Position numbers and translations under genes: made by a program. A stretch of 64,000 nucleotides of DNA. Source: Bdellovibrionales bacterium (GTDB taxonomy: Bacteria; Bdellovibrionota; Bdellovibrionia; Bdellovibrionales; JAUICD01). Below, piece after piece: positions 1 through 9,771 of this stretch. The notes under the pieces were generated by a model, which did not search any database, was not told where the DNA came from, and worked only from the letters and a program-made list of their open reading frames with translations. The stretch's first letter is position 1. The number at the start of each line of letters is the position of its first letter. The stretch is from assembly GCA_965203275.1 (NCBI GenBank), contig OZ241865.1, positions 2,016,001-2,080,000 on the forward strand. Reading direction: 5' to 3'.

Positions 1-2078
1 ATAGGAGGAGGCGAATCTTGAAAATGCTTTTGCCATTTTTGACGTAAATAATCCACTTGCTGTTTTGTACCATCCTGGTGAGTCTGTGCCTTTTGACGAG
101 CAGATTCTTCAAAATTCTCTATAGGTTCTGATATTTGCCAGGCTAAATAAACATCACTAGGATGACAAAAAGGAGCTTCTCGCATCCTCCCATCGGCAGG
201 ATCAAGCTTTTTTTCACTAGAATGAGGAATCCTTATTTGAGGAAGATCTCCTATAGATTCTAAGTGACTTTTTTGAACTTCTAACCTGTGACCATCTGCA
301 TGCATCTGTGAAACCCATAGCTCTTGAGCATAAGGATCAAATGCACCATCTTGAATAGCTGTTAAGGTATGGGTGACAGGGTAAGAAGTTTGTGTTTGAG
401 CATCCCAAAAATAAAGATTGGCTATTCCTGAAGCAGTGGAAGTATATAATAAGCCTCTTTTTTGAGAGTTATTATTAGATGGATCCCCTCTCACAGGGGA
501 TAAAAATACAATATGTTTATGTTGCGGATCAAAAGGCTGATCAGAAGTTATTTGCCCAGGTAATAACGTGACCTGCTTGGTCTTTTGATTCCAAACCTTG
601 ATTTGACTAGCTTGATAAGGTTCTTTAGAAAGGAAAACAATTTCATCTTCTGTCAAAGCAAAAGGATAAGAAAGCAAAGCCCGATCTGCTGGATAAAGAG
701 GAGTGATCTCTTTGGTATCCATATTTATTTGAACCAATGTGTTTTTGTCACTGTCTGTTTGTATGGCCAAAAGATGTTTTTGATTCCAAGAAAGAGCAGG
801 AAATTGTAATCTTTGACCAAAGGTCAATCGGCGAGGTCTCCGGCCAGAAATATGCCCTTTATACACATCATTGTAAGTGCGAGTGATATTGTTTCTACGT
901 ACTTCATGGATTCTATCAAAAACAAACTCTTCATTGTTGATCCAATGCACAGACTTAATCCTTATGCCAAAAGCTACAATCTTACCTTTGGATTCTAAAA
1001 AAGACTGATCGAGATGCGGTCTTTGTAAAAGCACAATATGGTGGCCTTTTTCTATAGATTGTTGAATGAATAAAAGATTTTTACCATCAGGGCTTATATG
1101 GGGACTATGGCGACTTGTAATATTATGTGAGGTATTAAAAAGAGGAAGCTTATGGCTATCCTTGAGAGGTTTTTGTTGGATATAGTCGATCTCTTTTTTT
1201 GCATAAAGTTTCCATCGGTTGTATGCGGTTTGAAGTAGTGTTGGATAATCAGCTTTTAAAATCTTCCGAGGGACTTTATTGATAAATAGTTTACCGCTAC
1301 GAGCATGACTTAAATTTAAAAGATTAAATTTATCCAACCCTCTATATGTGCTAATCTCATTCATCAAAAGACTGCCATAAAAATAACGACGGTTTTGAAA
1401 TGGATAAGTGGGTATAAGTCTCTCATTGAGTCGTGAAATGTCTTCGCTCCCCCAAGTACCCTCTGTGACCATAGCACGCACATTGGCATAAAAAATAGGG
1501 GAGTTGAGTCGACCAGCTTGAGAAAACCATGATTCTATATCTGTACCGATACCTTCTATATACCAACGCGGTAAGAATGCAGCAGGATGAAAGAAACTGC
1601 CAAAAAGCCATCTAAAAGGCCTCCAATTTCCACCAGGACTCATCTGCAATACATGGGTATATTCGTGAAGTAATACTGTATATCTCCAAGAGTCATAATA
1701 TAAAAAGTTATAATTTAAAAAATTAAGTGGTTGTTTAGGAGTAACCCATAATTTGTATCTTGGGGCTACGGTGGCTTTAGCATCTATGTTATCTGTATCG
1801 TCATTGAGTATAATGATGGTCTTAGAAGGTCGCTCTGAGAAATAAGGTTGTAAGATTTCATGAATCATTTCTGCTTCTACAGCATATTCTAATGCCATAT
1901 CTTTTTGCTCTGCATCAAATAGAATATCAAAATGAGGAGTTTCTAATTTTTGCCACTTACGGTGAGATAATTTTGCAAAAGTTGTCTCATTAAAAGACAA
2001 AATCAAAAGAAATACAAAAATATTCCTTAATAAAAAAGCTACGTATGACCGATATGATGATATAAGGAGTATTGACAT
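1..2078 (-). CDS. Exported protein with zincin-like HExxH peptidase domain followed by TolB-like/beta-propeller region; runs off the window start (partial)
   Basis: Not in the ORF track, presumably because its stop lies outside the window. My minus-strand translation from ATG 2078 gives MSILLISS...KWQKLETPHFDILFD...LLHEYTHVLQ...LPRWYIEGIG, then propeller-like segments (PHISPDGKNLLF). I did not check every codon down to position 1. Confidence 0.7.
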   Translation of the reverse strand, partial: MSILLISSYRSYVAFLLRNIFVFLLILSFNETTFAKLSHRKWQKLETPHFDILFDAEQKDMALEYAVEAEMIHEILQPYFSERPSKTIIILNDDTDNIDAKATVAPRYKLWVTPKQPLNFLNYNFLYYDSWRYTVLLHEYTHVLQMSPGGNWRPFRWLFGSFFHPAAFLPRWYIEGIGTDIESWFSQAGRLNSPIFYANVRAMVTEGTWGSEDISRLNERLIPTYPFQNRRYFYGSLLMNEISTYRGLDKFNLLNLSHARSGKLFINKVPRKILKADYPTLLQTAYNRWKLYAKKEIDYIQQKPLKDSHKLPLFNTSHNITSRHSPHISPDGKNLLFIQQSIEKGHHIVLLQRPHLDQSFLESKGKIVAFGIRIKSVHWINNEEFVFDRIHEVRRNNITRTYNDVYKGHISGRRPRRLTFGQRLQFPALSWNQKHLLAIQTDSDKNTLVQINMDTKEITPLYPADRALLSYPFALTEDEIVFLSKEPYQASQIKVWNQKTKQVTLLPGQITSDQPFDPQHKHIVFLSPVRGDPSNNNSQKRGLLYTSTASGIANLYFWDAQTQTSYPVTHTLTAIQDGAFDPYAQELWVSQMHADGHRLEVQKSHLESIGDLPQIRIPHSSEKKLDPADGRMREAPFCHPSDVYLAWQISEPIENFEESARQKAQTHQDGTKQQVDYLRQKWQKHFQDSPPP

Positions 2079-2270
2079 TAAAATAACACCAGTTTTATTG
2101 TATTTATCTTAAGCTTTGTTTTATAGTATAAACTTTGTTATAATACAAGAAAGATTATTTTAAATAATACTTATCATAAATACATTGCAAAAAGAATCAA
2201 AAAAAGATATTTTTATGAAGTGTATAGTTGATCATACAAAATATCAAAACAAAAGAAAGGGGAGCTTAAA

Positions 2271-2795
2271 ATGTATAAAGCAATACAAAAAGATTATATT
2301 AAATACATTAAGTGTTTTTTGTTTATATTAATGATGAACCTATTCATATCTTGTAGTTCTACTCCTCCATCCGATGAGTCTCAAGATTCTTCTGTAGGAG
2401 ATGACCTTCCTGAAGCTGCTCAAATTAATTTTGATCCTAGTGGCAGTGACAGTGGGAGTATAACAGGACTTCACTCTGTTCATTTTGACTATGATCAGGC
2501 TACATTGACAGATGAGGCTAAGCAAAGGCTCAATCAAAATGCCGAGTGGATACGTCAAAATGATGAGGTCACCCTACAAATTGAAGGACATTGTGACCAG
2601 AGAGGATCTTTAGAATATAATCTAGCTCTTGGCGAAAGACGAGCCAGAGTCGTGAAAGATTATTTAACAGATATGGGACTACCTGCTGAAAGACTCAACA
2701 CTATTAGCTTTGGTGAAGAGAAGCCTCTTGCTGAAGGGGATTCAGAGTCAGACCACCGCCAAAATAGAAGAGCTAATTTTGTACCATTAAGATAA
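2271..2795 (+). CDS. pal: Peptidoglycan-associated lipoprotein Pal (OmpA C-terminal domain)
   Basis: Lipobox FISC; VHFDYD, IEGHCDQRGSLEYNLALGERRA, ISFGEEKP and NRRANF motifs. Confidence 0.93.
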   Translation: MYKAIQKDYIKYIKCFLFILMMNLFISCSSTPPSDESQDSSVGDDLPEAAQINFDPSGSDSGSITGLHSVHFDYDQATLTDEAKQRLNQNAEWIRQNDEVTLQIEGHCDQRGSLEYNLALGERRARVVKDYLTDMGLPAERLNTISFGEEKPLAEGDSESDHRQNRRANFVPLR

Positions 2796-2823
2796 ATTAT
2801 TAAGATAAATTAATCGATAAGCT

Positions 2824-3126
2824 ATGAAATATATTCTTTGTTTATGGTTCTTGTTATTTTTAATTGCATGCCAAGGAGCTAGGCCTCCACTTGCAGAATA
2901 TGCTATAGCTCGCACAGCCCTTGAATCTGCTAAAAAAGCTAGAGCAGAGCAGTTAGCCCATGGTCATTGGATTAAAGCATTACAACTTTATCAAACAGGT
3001 CAAAATTATTATAAAAGAAGAAAGTATGGGCAATCACTTAAACTCTTTGAACAAGCTATTTTACATGCAGAACGAGCAGAGAATATCTCAAGAGCTAAAA
3101 AAACAAGCCAAGGGACTCCGTTTTAG
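2824..3126 (+). CDS. Small helical lipoprotein (DUF4398-like)
   Basis: Lipobox LIAC; Ala-rich helical hairpin; follows pal. Confidence 0.65.
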   Translation: MKYILCLWFLLFLIACQGARPPLAEYAIARTALESAKKARAEQLAHGHWIKALQLYQTGQNYYKRRKYGQSLKLFEQAILHAERAENISRAKKTSQGTPF

Positions 3127-3127
3127 G

Positions 3128-4066
3128 TTCACTCAAAATGCATCAGCCGTCTTTTGCACTCAAAGTGAACTGGCCTCTGTTTCACTAAAAGTGGTCTGAC
3201 CTCTGGTCACTTTCTGGCGATGACCACGACGGCTCACGCCGTCGATAAAATGCTCATCGCCTAGTGTTGTTACATGGCAAGCTTCAGAGAAGCTTGCTGT
3301 CTGACCACTTTTAGTAATGAGGATCTCCTCGTTTTTTAACTACATGTTAGGGAAAAAGTTTTTTTTGATGCCGGGTTGCCGGATCCCAGATCCCGGATAA
3401 ACACGATGTTAAGGAAAAAGTTCATTCTTACACCTTTCAGCCCGACGGCTCTCGCCGTCGATCAAAGGCTAACTGCCTCAAAAGCCTGTTCACTTTGAGT
3501 AATGAGGATCTCCTCGTTTTTTAACTACATGTTAGGGAAAAAGTTTTTTTTGATGCCGGGTTGCCGGATCCCAGATCCCGGATAAACACGATGTTAAGGA
3601 AAAAGTTCATTCTTACACCTTTTAGCTCACGTCGTCGATCAAAGGCTGGCTACCTCAAAAGTCCGTTTACTTTTAGTAGAAAGTTAGTTGTTTCACTCAA
3701 AATGAGCCACACCTCTGGTGTGTTTTTGGGCATTGCTCTGACAGCTATCGCTGTCCAAAAAGAGCAATGCCGCAAAAAACTGCTCATTTTGAGTAGGGGA
3801 GGATCCTTTCGTCTCTTAACACCATGTTAGGGAAACAAGGTGTTCGTTTCTATGGATTTCTTTGAAAAGGTAAAGAATTTGGATTTGAAAATTAGAATTT
3901 CAGTGATTTCAATAAGTTTGTTTCACTAAAAGTAAACTAGCCTCTGGCTACTTTTGGACAATGACCGCAATGGCTTTCGCCATTGACAAAATGGTCATTG
4001 TCTCAAAAGTCCGTTTACTTTTAGTAGGGAGGATCCCTTCTTTTTTTAATACCATGTTAAGGAAAC
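3128..4066. repeat. Cluster of ~145-bp branched palindromic elements (family A) with GATCC-type bodies
   Basis: Full copies at ~3180-3356, ~3691-3835 and 3921-4065 plus truncated ends; local direct repeats 3319-3440/3499-3620 and 3830-3918/4060-4148. Confidence 0.9.
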
Positions 4067-4153
4067 AAGAAGTTCGTTTCTCTGGATTTCTTTGAAAAGG
4101 TAGAGAATTTGGGTTTGAAAATTAGAATTTCAGTGATTCCAATAAGTTAGTAT

Positions 4154-4545
4154 TGTAACTTTTGTATAAAAGTTACAGTATTAAGTGTTTGTAATTGTTA
4201 GACTTTTTTAGGTCGACTTTAAAAATTTCTAATTTTTCGTCTAACACAATTCTTATCGTTTATTATGACATAAAACTTTATATTTTTGTTAAAAAAAATC
4301 AAAAAAAGTGACATTTTGTATCAAAAAGAATCACTTTTTTGAATTTTTGTATCATCTTGAAACACTTTACCAATCTTAAAGACATAAGATCAGCAAAACA
4401 AACAATAAATTTTCATTTGTGTTTTATAACTTTTGCTTTGTTTGATTTTTCAAAGCAATTTTCTTGCAAAAATTTGCCTGTTTTTTACTCTTTCAAATTG
4501 TAACTTTTATACAAAAGTTACAGTGCTAAGTCCTTGAAATCACTT
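4154..4545. repeat. Two copies of a 24-bp palindrome TGTAACTTTT-N4-AAAAGTTACA with similar tails
   Basis: tgtaacttttgtataaaagttacagtattaagt at ~4154 and tgtaacttttatacaaaagttacagtgctaagt at ~4499. Confidence 0.7.
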
Positions 4546-4596
4546 AAGTCATTTTTTTGTACTCTCTAAAGGTATAGAGACAAATAAATGAACTAG

Positions 4597-5085
4597 TTTC
4601 ACTCAAAATAAATCATGCCTCTGGCATGTTTTCTGGCAGTTAGCCCGACGGCTTTCGCCGTCGATCAAAGGCTAACTGCCTAGAAAATCCATTTATTTTG
4701 AGTAGGGGGAGGATCTCCTCATTTTTTGACAGGATGTTAGGGAAAAAGAGTTTCATTTGCAGAATGCTTGCTTTTAAGGCAATGAAAGCACTGTTTCCTT
4801 AACATGGTGTTAAGAGAGAAGGAGATCCTTCCTACTCAAAATGAACAGGCTTTTGAGACATTGCTCTTTTTGGACAGCGATAGCTGTCAGAGCAAACGTC
4901 AGAAGGAGATCTTTTTCCTTAACATCGTGTCAAAAGAGGAAAGGATCCTTCCTACTAAAAGTGGTCAGGCTTTTGAGGCAATGACCATTTTGTCAAAGGC
5001 GAAAGCCTTTGCGGTCATTGCCCAAAAGTAGCCAGAGGCTAGACCACTTTTAGTGAAACAGAGGTCAGTTCATTTTGAGTGAAAA
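4597..5085. repeat. Cluster of family A palindromic elements in both orientations
   Basis: Copies at ~4597-4746, ~4794-4895 (truncated), ~4914-5058, then a stacked end fragment. Confidence 0.9.
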
Positions 5086-5220
5086 AAGCGTGAGTCGGGT
5101 TTAAGATAAACTCCAAAAACATAACATCAATAAGCCTGATGATGATTTTGATGTAGAACGTAAAGGATGAGTGAAGATACTTGTCCATTAAATCATTTTA
5201 ACAATATAAGGGGGTTTAAA

Positions 5221-5937
5221 ATGACATATTTATTTACTAACCAAAAAAGAAATCAAAGAGGCTTTAGCTTAATCGAGCTAATGGTCGTCGTAGCAATTAT
5301 TGGATTATTGGCCGCTGTGGCTATTCCACAGTATGGAAGGTTTCAAAAGCGAGCAATGCAAACAGAAGCTAAAAGCAATTTAAGTGGTGCTTATGTTGCA
5401 ATGAAAACTTTTGTCACAGAATGGAATTATGCAACATCAGACATGGAACAGTTAGGTTATTCCATTGAAGGCAATGATCCTAGATATACCATAGGCTTTG
5501 CTCTTCAAACTGGAGATGCTAGGGATGCTGAAAATAATCCAACGGGTTATAAAGGCCCTAAAGCTCCGGCCACAAACGTACATAGTGTCGGTAAAGCTAA
5601 ACCGAGTGATGTAACGGCTAACACCCATAGTGCTTGGGCTTTACAGGCGGCAGATTGTGTAGATGAGACAACTTCTGCTGCCGGAGAATGCACAGCAGCA
5701 TCAAAGCCAGGGTGTGTAGGTAATGACAATGGTACTTCTGCGAACTATGCAGATGATACGTGTGATCTACCAACACAAAATGGAGTTTATATCAGTAGCA
5801 GTACCGGAATACAGTACAACATAGGAGCAATTGGTTATCTAGGAACAAAAGGAAGCCCAACTGGTCGTGATTTTGATGCATGGACAATTGACGAAGGTCG
5901 AAATCTTGGTGTCACTAACGACGGCACGGATAAATAA
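5221..5937 (+). CDS. pilA: Type IV pilin (major pilin-like)
   Basis: Class III signal RG|FSLIELMVVVAIIGLLAAVAIPQY; SD AAGGGGG before ATG 5221; Cys-containing variable C-terminal half. Confidence 0.85.
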   Translation: MTYLFTNQKRNQRGFSLIELMVVVAIIGLLAAVAIPQYGRFQKRAMQTEAKSNLSGAYVAMKTFVTEWNYATSDMEQLGYSIEGNDPRYTIGFALQTGDARDAENNPTGYKGPKAPATNVHSVGKAKPSDVTANTHSAWALQAADCVDETTSAAGECTAASKPGCVGNDNGTSANYADDTCDLPTQNGVYISSSTGIQYNIGAIGYLGTKGSPTGRDFDAWTIDEGRNLGVTNDGTDK

Positions 5938-5954
5938 TCCATTAATTCAAATAT

Positions 5955-5992
5955 AAGGCTATGGGTTTATCAGGCCCATAGCTTTTATTTTA
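5955..5992 (+). terminator. Intrinsic terminator after pilin
   Basis: aaggctatggg-tttatcagg-cccatagctt followed by T-rich tail. Confidence 0.65.
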
Positions 5993-6010
5993 TCTTTGGA
6001 GACTATAGCC

Positions 6011-6511
6011 ATGTTTAAAATAAGAAAAGCCATCAAGTATTTAGCAAATCCGAGACAATTTATGTATTTATTGGCTGTTTTAGTCGTGGTCTGGCTACAT
6101 GCCTTTTATTTGATATATGAGAATAATTATCTAAAAGCTAAATTCAAGTCTGATCAAAAGATAGCAAATCAAGAGAAAATACTTGATAAAACATTCCAAA
6201 TAGATATTAACACTGCACGTAGGTCATACGATAGCATCTTTGATCCGGATGAGGCTATTAAGAATAATAAAATAGATACTTTAGAGAGGTTTCTTAATAT
6301 ATGCAATAGTGCCTCTTGTCGATTGATCGGTGGTTTAGAACCCACAAAAAAAGTTTGCAATAAAGAGCTGTCAACATCCAGGGAGTTTCATAAGTATAGA
6401 GTGTATTCATGTAGTTTAAAAATCACAGTGGAAAATGACGAACCTATGGATTGTACGAGGGTAAATTGGAGTGATATAAAAGGCTTTTGTGAAAAGTTAA
6501 ATGATACATAA
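6011..6511 (+). CDS. Membrane-anchored Cys-rich protein, possible pilin accessory protein
   Basis: GGAG before ATG 6011; one N-terminal TM helix; six Cys; directly downstream of pilin. Confidence 0.55.
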   Translation: MFKIRKAIKYLANPRQFMYLLAVLVVVWLHAFYLIYENNYLKAKFKSDQKIANQEKILDKTFQIDINTARRSYDSIFDPDEAIKNNKIDTLERFLNICNSASCRLIGGLEPTKKVCNKELSTSREFHKYRVYSCSLKITVENDEPMDCTRVNWSDIKGFCEKLNDT

Positions 6512-6553
6512 AACCTTTTTGAGAACTTAAAAGTATTTTAACGTTTTCATTTT

Positions 6554-6588
6554 AAAGAGGGCCCCCACGACAGGCCCTCTTTTTTTAT
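6554..6588 (+). terminator. Intrinsic terminator
   Basis: aaagagggcc-loop-ggccctcttttttt. Confidence 0.7.
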
Positions 6589-6695
6589 CATTTTGATACA
6601 AATTGCTGATATTTCTTAAAAAATTCTCAAATAATAGTTAAGTCCTGCCCAAATTTTCTAAAACCCTATATTTTCCATAGGCCATAGTTTTTTAT

Positions 6696-7594
6696 AAGGA
6701 AATTTTTCCTTAACATCGTGTTAAAAAACGAGAGGATCCTTTTCCTACTAAAAGTGGTCAGGCTTTCTAGGTTGCCAGCTTTTGAGAAGGCGAAAGCCTT
6801 CGGCTGGCAAGCAGAAAGTGACCAGAGGTCAGACCACTTTTAGTGAAACAAAAGGAACTTTTTCCTTAACATGGTGTTAAGAGACAAGGAGATCCTTTCT
6901 ACTAAAAGTAAACGGACTTTTGAGGTAGCCAGCCTTTGATCGACGGCGAAAGCCGTCGGGCTGGCTATCCAAAAGTAGCCAGAGGCTAGTTTACTTTTAG
7001 TGAAACAAACTCCTTAACATTGTGTTAAAAAAGGAAAGGATTCTTCTTACTAAAAATAAACGGATTTTTGAGGTATTGCCTATTTTGTCAAAGGCGAAAG
7101 CCTTTGCAGGCAACACTCAAGGCGTAAGAAGGAACTTTTTCCTTAACATCGCGTCAAAAGAGGAAAGTATCCTTACTACTAAAAGTAAACGGATTTTTGA
7201 GGCAATCAGCCTTTGATCGACGACGATAAGCCGTCGAGCTAACTATTAGAAGGACATTTTCCTTAACATGGTGTTAAGAAACGAAGAGATCCTCCCTACT
7301 CAAAGTGAACAGGCTTTTGAGACAATGACCATTTTGTCAAAGGCGTAAAAAGTGAAATAAATATCTTGTTTCCTTAACATCGTGTAAAGAGACAAGAGGA
7401 TTTTTCCTACTAAAAATAAACGGATTTTTGAGGCAATCAGCCTTTGATCGACGGTGATAAGCCGTCGGGCTGATTGCCCAAAAACAGCTAGAAGCTGGTT
7501 TATTTTTAGTGAGACAAATGCGGTCATTGTCCAAAAGTGGCCAGAGGCCAGTTCACTTTGAGTGAAACAGAGGCTGGTTTATTTTTAGTGAAAA
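6696..7594. repeat. Cluster of family A palindromic elements (at least six heads, same orientation)
   Basis: Full copies at ~6705-6848, 6861-7005 and ~7369-7513, plus truncated copies and stacked ends. Confidence 0.9.
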
Positions 7595-7601
7595 TAACGG
7601 C

Positions 7602-7630
7602 TTGACTTCTTAGATATATGATGTTATAAA
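7602..7630 (+). promoter_or_regulatory. Sigma70-type promoter of ankyrin gene
   Basis: TTGACT-N17-TATAAA with TGn extension; AAGGAAGG SD downstream. Confidence 0.55.
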
Positions 7631-7656
7631 ATCAAAAATTCAAAAGGAAGGTACAA

Positions 7657-8721
7657 ATGAAAAGATATGTTTTTATCCTATTTATTGCTTTGCTTGTTTC
7701 TAGTGATTCTCTATGGGCTTGTGCTGAAAGCCTTATGCCACATCAAGAAGACCACTATGCTTTAATAGATGCTACTAGGAAAGGCGATATAGAGGCTGTA
7801 AGGGCATTGCTAGAAAATGGTGCGAACATTAACTTTCAAGACTCTGATGGCTGGACGGCTTTAATGTGGGCCAGTTATGAAGGCCATATTGAAGCTGTAA
7901 GGTTATTGATAGAATATGAAGCGGACGTTAATATTGAAGACGGCGAAAATGATGCCTGGACCGCTTTAACACTAGCTAGTCATGAAGGCCATACAGAGAT
8001 TGTAAGATTATTACTCGAGGCCGGAGCGGACGTCAATCATCATTGCGAATATAGCAAGACGGCTTTAATACATGCTAGTTCTGAAGACCATGTTGAAGTT
8101 GTAAGGGTATTGCTAGAAAATGGTGCGGACATCAATCATCAAGACAGCCTTCAAATGTCGGCTTTAATGCATGCTAGTTCTGAAGACCATATAGATATTG
8201 TAAGGTTATTGCTAGAAAAAGGTGCGAGCTTTGACCTTCAAGACTATGATGGCAAAACAGTTTTAATGAATGCTGGCCATATTGAGATTGTAAGGTTATT
8301 GCTAGCGGCCGGAGCTAACGTCAATCATACAGGCAAATATGGCCAGACGGCTTTAATGCAAGCAAGCAAACATGGCCGTATTGGGGTTGTAAGATTATTG
8401 CTAGAAAAAGGTGCGGACATCAATCATCAAGACGAAGATGGCTGGACGGCTTTAATGTGGGCCAGTTATGAAGGCCATATAAAGATTGTAAGGTTATTGC
8501 TAGAAAAAGGTGCGAGCTTTGACCTTCAAGACGAGGATGACTGGACGGCTTTAATGTATGCTAGTATTAAAGGCCATATTGAGATTGTAAGGGTATTGCT
8601 AGCGGCCGGAGCTAACGTCAATATTCGAACTAATAAAGGAAAAACGGCTTTAATGTTGGCAAGCGATAACGACCATACTGAGATTGTAAGACTATTAAAA
8701 GAGGCCGGAGCCACAGAATAA
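7657..8721 (+). CDS. Exported ankyrin-repeat protein with WAC leader
   Basis: Signal peptide ending SDSLWACAESL; about 10 GxTALxxAS..GHxEIVRLLL.xGA repeats. Confidence 0.92.
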   Translation: MKRYVFILFIALLVSSDSLWACAESLMPHQEDHYALIDATRKGDIEAVRALLENGANINFQDSDGWTALMWASYEGHIEAVRLLIEYEADVNIEDGENDAWTALTLASHEGHTEIVRLLLEAGADVNHHCEYSKTALIHASSEDHVEVVRVLLENGADINHQDSLQMSALMHASSEDHIDIVRLLLEKGASFDLQDYDGKTVLMNAGHIEIVRLLLAAGANVNHTGKYGQTALMQASKHGRIGVVRLLLEKGADINHQDEDGWTALMWASYEGHIKIVRLLLEKGASFDLQDEDDWTALMYASIKGHIEIVRVLLAAGANVNIRTNKGKTALMLASDNDHTEIVRLLKEAGATE

Positions 8722-8929
8722 TACCAATTCTATATTTGTCTTAATTTTTGTTTTTTTGTATGATGACAATATAAAAAACCTAAAAATAAGGGGAAAAACG
8801 AAATTTCAGATAAATAAATCAATGCTAGAGATAATATTAAGCTAAAAGTTGCTATTTGTGGATATTGTGTTTTGGTTTCATTTAGGATATTTGTATTATG
8901 TTTGAAGATATAAAGGGAGGTTCAAAGTT

Positions 8930-9604
8930 ATGACAGAGAGAATTTTATTACAATTAACAATAGATGCTATTTTCAAAGCTTTTTTTGAAAATAGAAAAGA
9001 TCTTTTAATTTCACTGGTAGAGAATTTTGTACCTTTGCCTAAGGGTTCTGTGATAGAGGATGTTTCATTATTAAACACAGAGCTTCTTCCCGATAAGGTT
9101 CCAGACGAATACAAATCCTTTACTTTAGATTTGCGTGTGAAATTAAGAAGACAGGTCAGAGGCGTTCTTCAAGATACAGATATTGTCCATGTAGAAGTTC
9201 AAACAACAAGTCAAAAATTTTTTACAGATCGGATATTAGTTTATGCTTCTAGGGCTTATTCTGGTCAGATAAAGAAAGGCGAAGATTTTAATCAATTACT
9301 TCCTGTGTATTCACTTGTTTTTACAACAGCTAATTTAAAAGAATTTGCAGGGATAAAGGATTACTATCATATCTGCAATATCCGTCGGACAAAACCACCA
9401 GAAGTGATTATGTCTCGTGGATTGTGTTTTGTCATTGTGGAATTAGGCAAGTTTCAGTCAAGTTTGCATGAATTATTTGACAAAAAGGCAGATTGGTGTT
9501 ATCTTTTAAAGAACTCTGGTAATATGGATTTAAAGGAGTATACCAATTTTCAGAATAAAAGGGATCCTTCTTCTGGGATCTGGCAACCCGGCATCAGGTC
9601 CTAA
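8930..9604 (+). pseudogene. Rpn-family recombination-promoting nuclease / PD-(D/E)XK 'transposase_2', N-terminal part, interrupted by repeat insertion
   Basis: LTIDAIFKAFF, LDLRV...HVEVQ, DRILVYASRAYS and FVIVELGKF motifs; frame runs into repeat DNA at ~9561. Confidence 0.85.
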
Positions 9605-9756
9605 AACTGAACTTTTTCCTTAACATTGTGTTAAAAAAGGAAAGGATCCTTCCTACTAAAAATAAACGGATTTTTGAGGTATTGCTCTTTTTGGACAGCG
9701 TAAGCTGTCAGAGCAATGCCCAAAAACAGCCAGAGGCTGGTTTATTTTTAGTGAGA
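9561..9756. mobile_element. Composite insertion (GATCC-type body plus one full family A element) inside the rpn gene
   Basis: Flanked by direct repeat AGAATAAAAGG at 9552-9562 and 9754-9764. Confidence 0.8.
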
Positions 9757-9771
9757 ATAAAAGGAGGCGTT

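Noticed and set aside
585..1611. Small ORFs 585-809, 813-998 and 1423-1611
   Set aside because: They overlap the long minus-strand gene starting at 2078, which has recognisable motifs.
3921..4065. tRNA, hammerhead ribozyme or group II intron fragment
   Set aside because: No T-loop/anticodon geometry, no CUGANGA core and no domain V motif recognised by eye; an Rfam scan would be needed to exclude this formally.
3561..5031. Short ORFs inside repeat clusters (also 7022, 7300, 7337, 26878, 27630, 40739, 50440, 50764, 51075 and the 5' part of 9628)
   Set aside because: They are translations of the palindromic elements, with no clear RBS and no consistent frame between copies.
6861..7005. Integron attC sites
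   Set aside because: CCTTAAC and GTTAAG are only 5 nt apart rather than at the element ends, copies occur in both orientations in gene-free clusters, and the nearby recombinase is too short to be an IntI.
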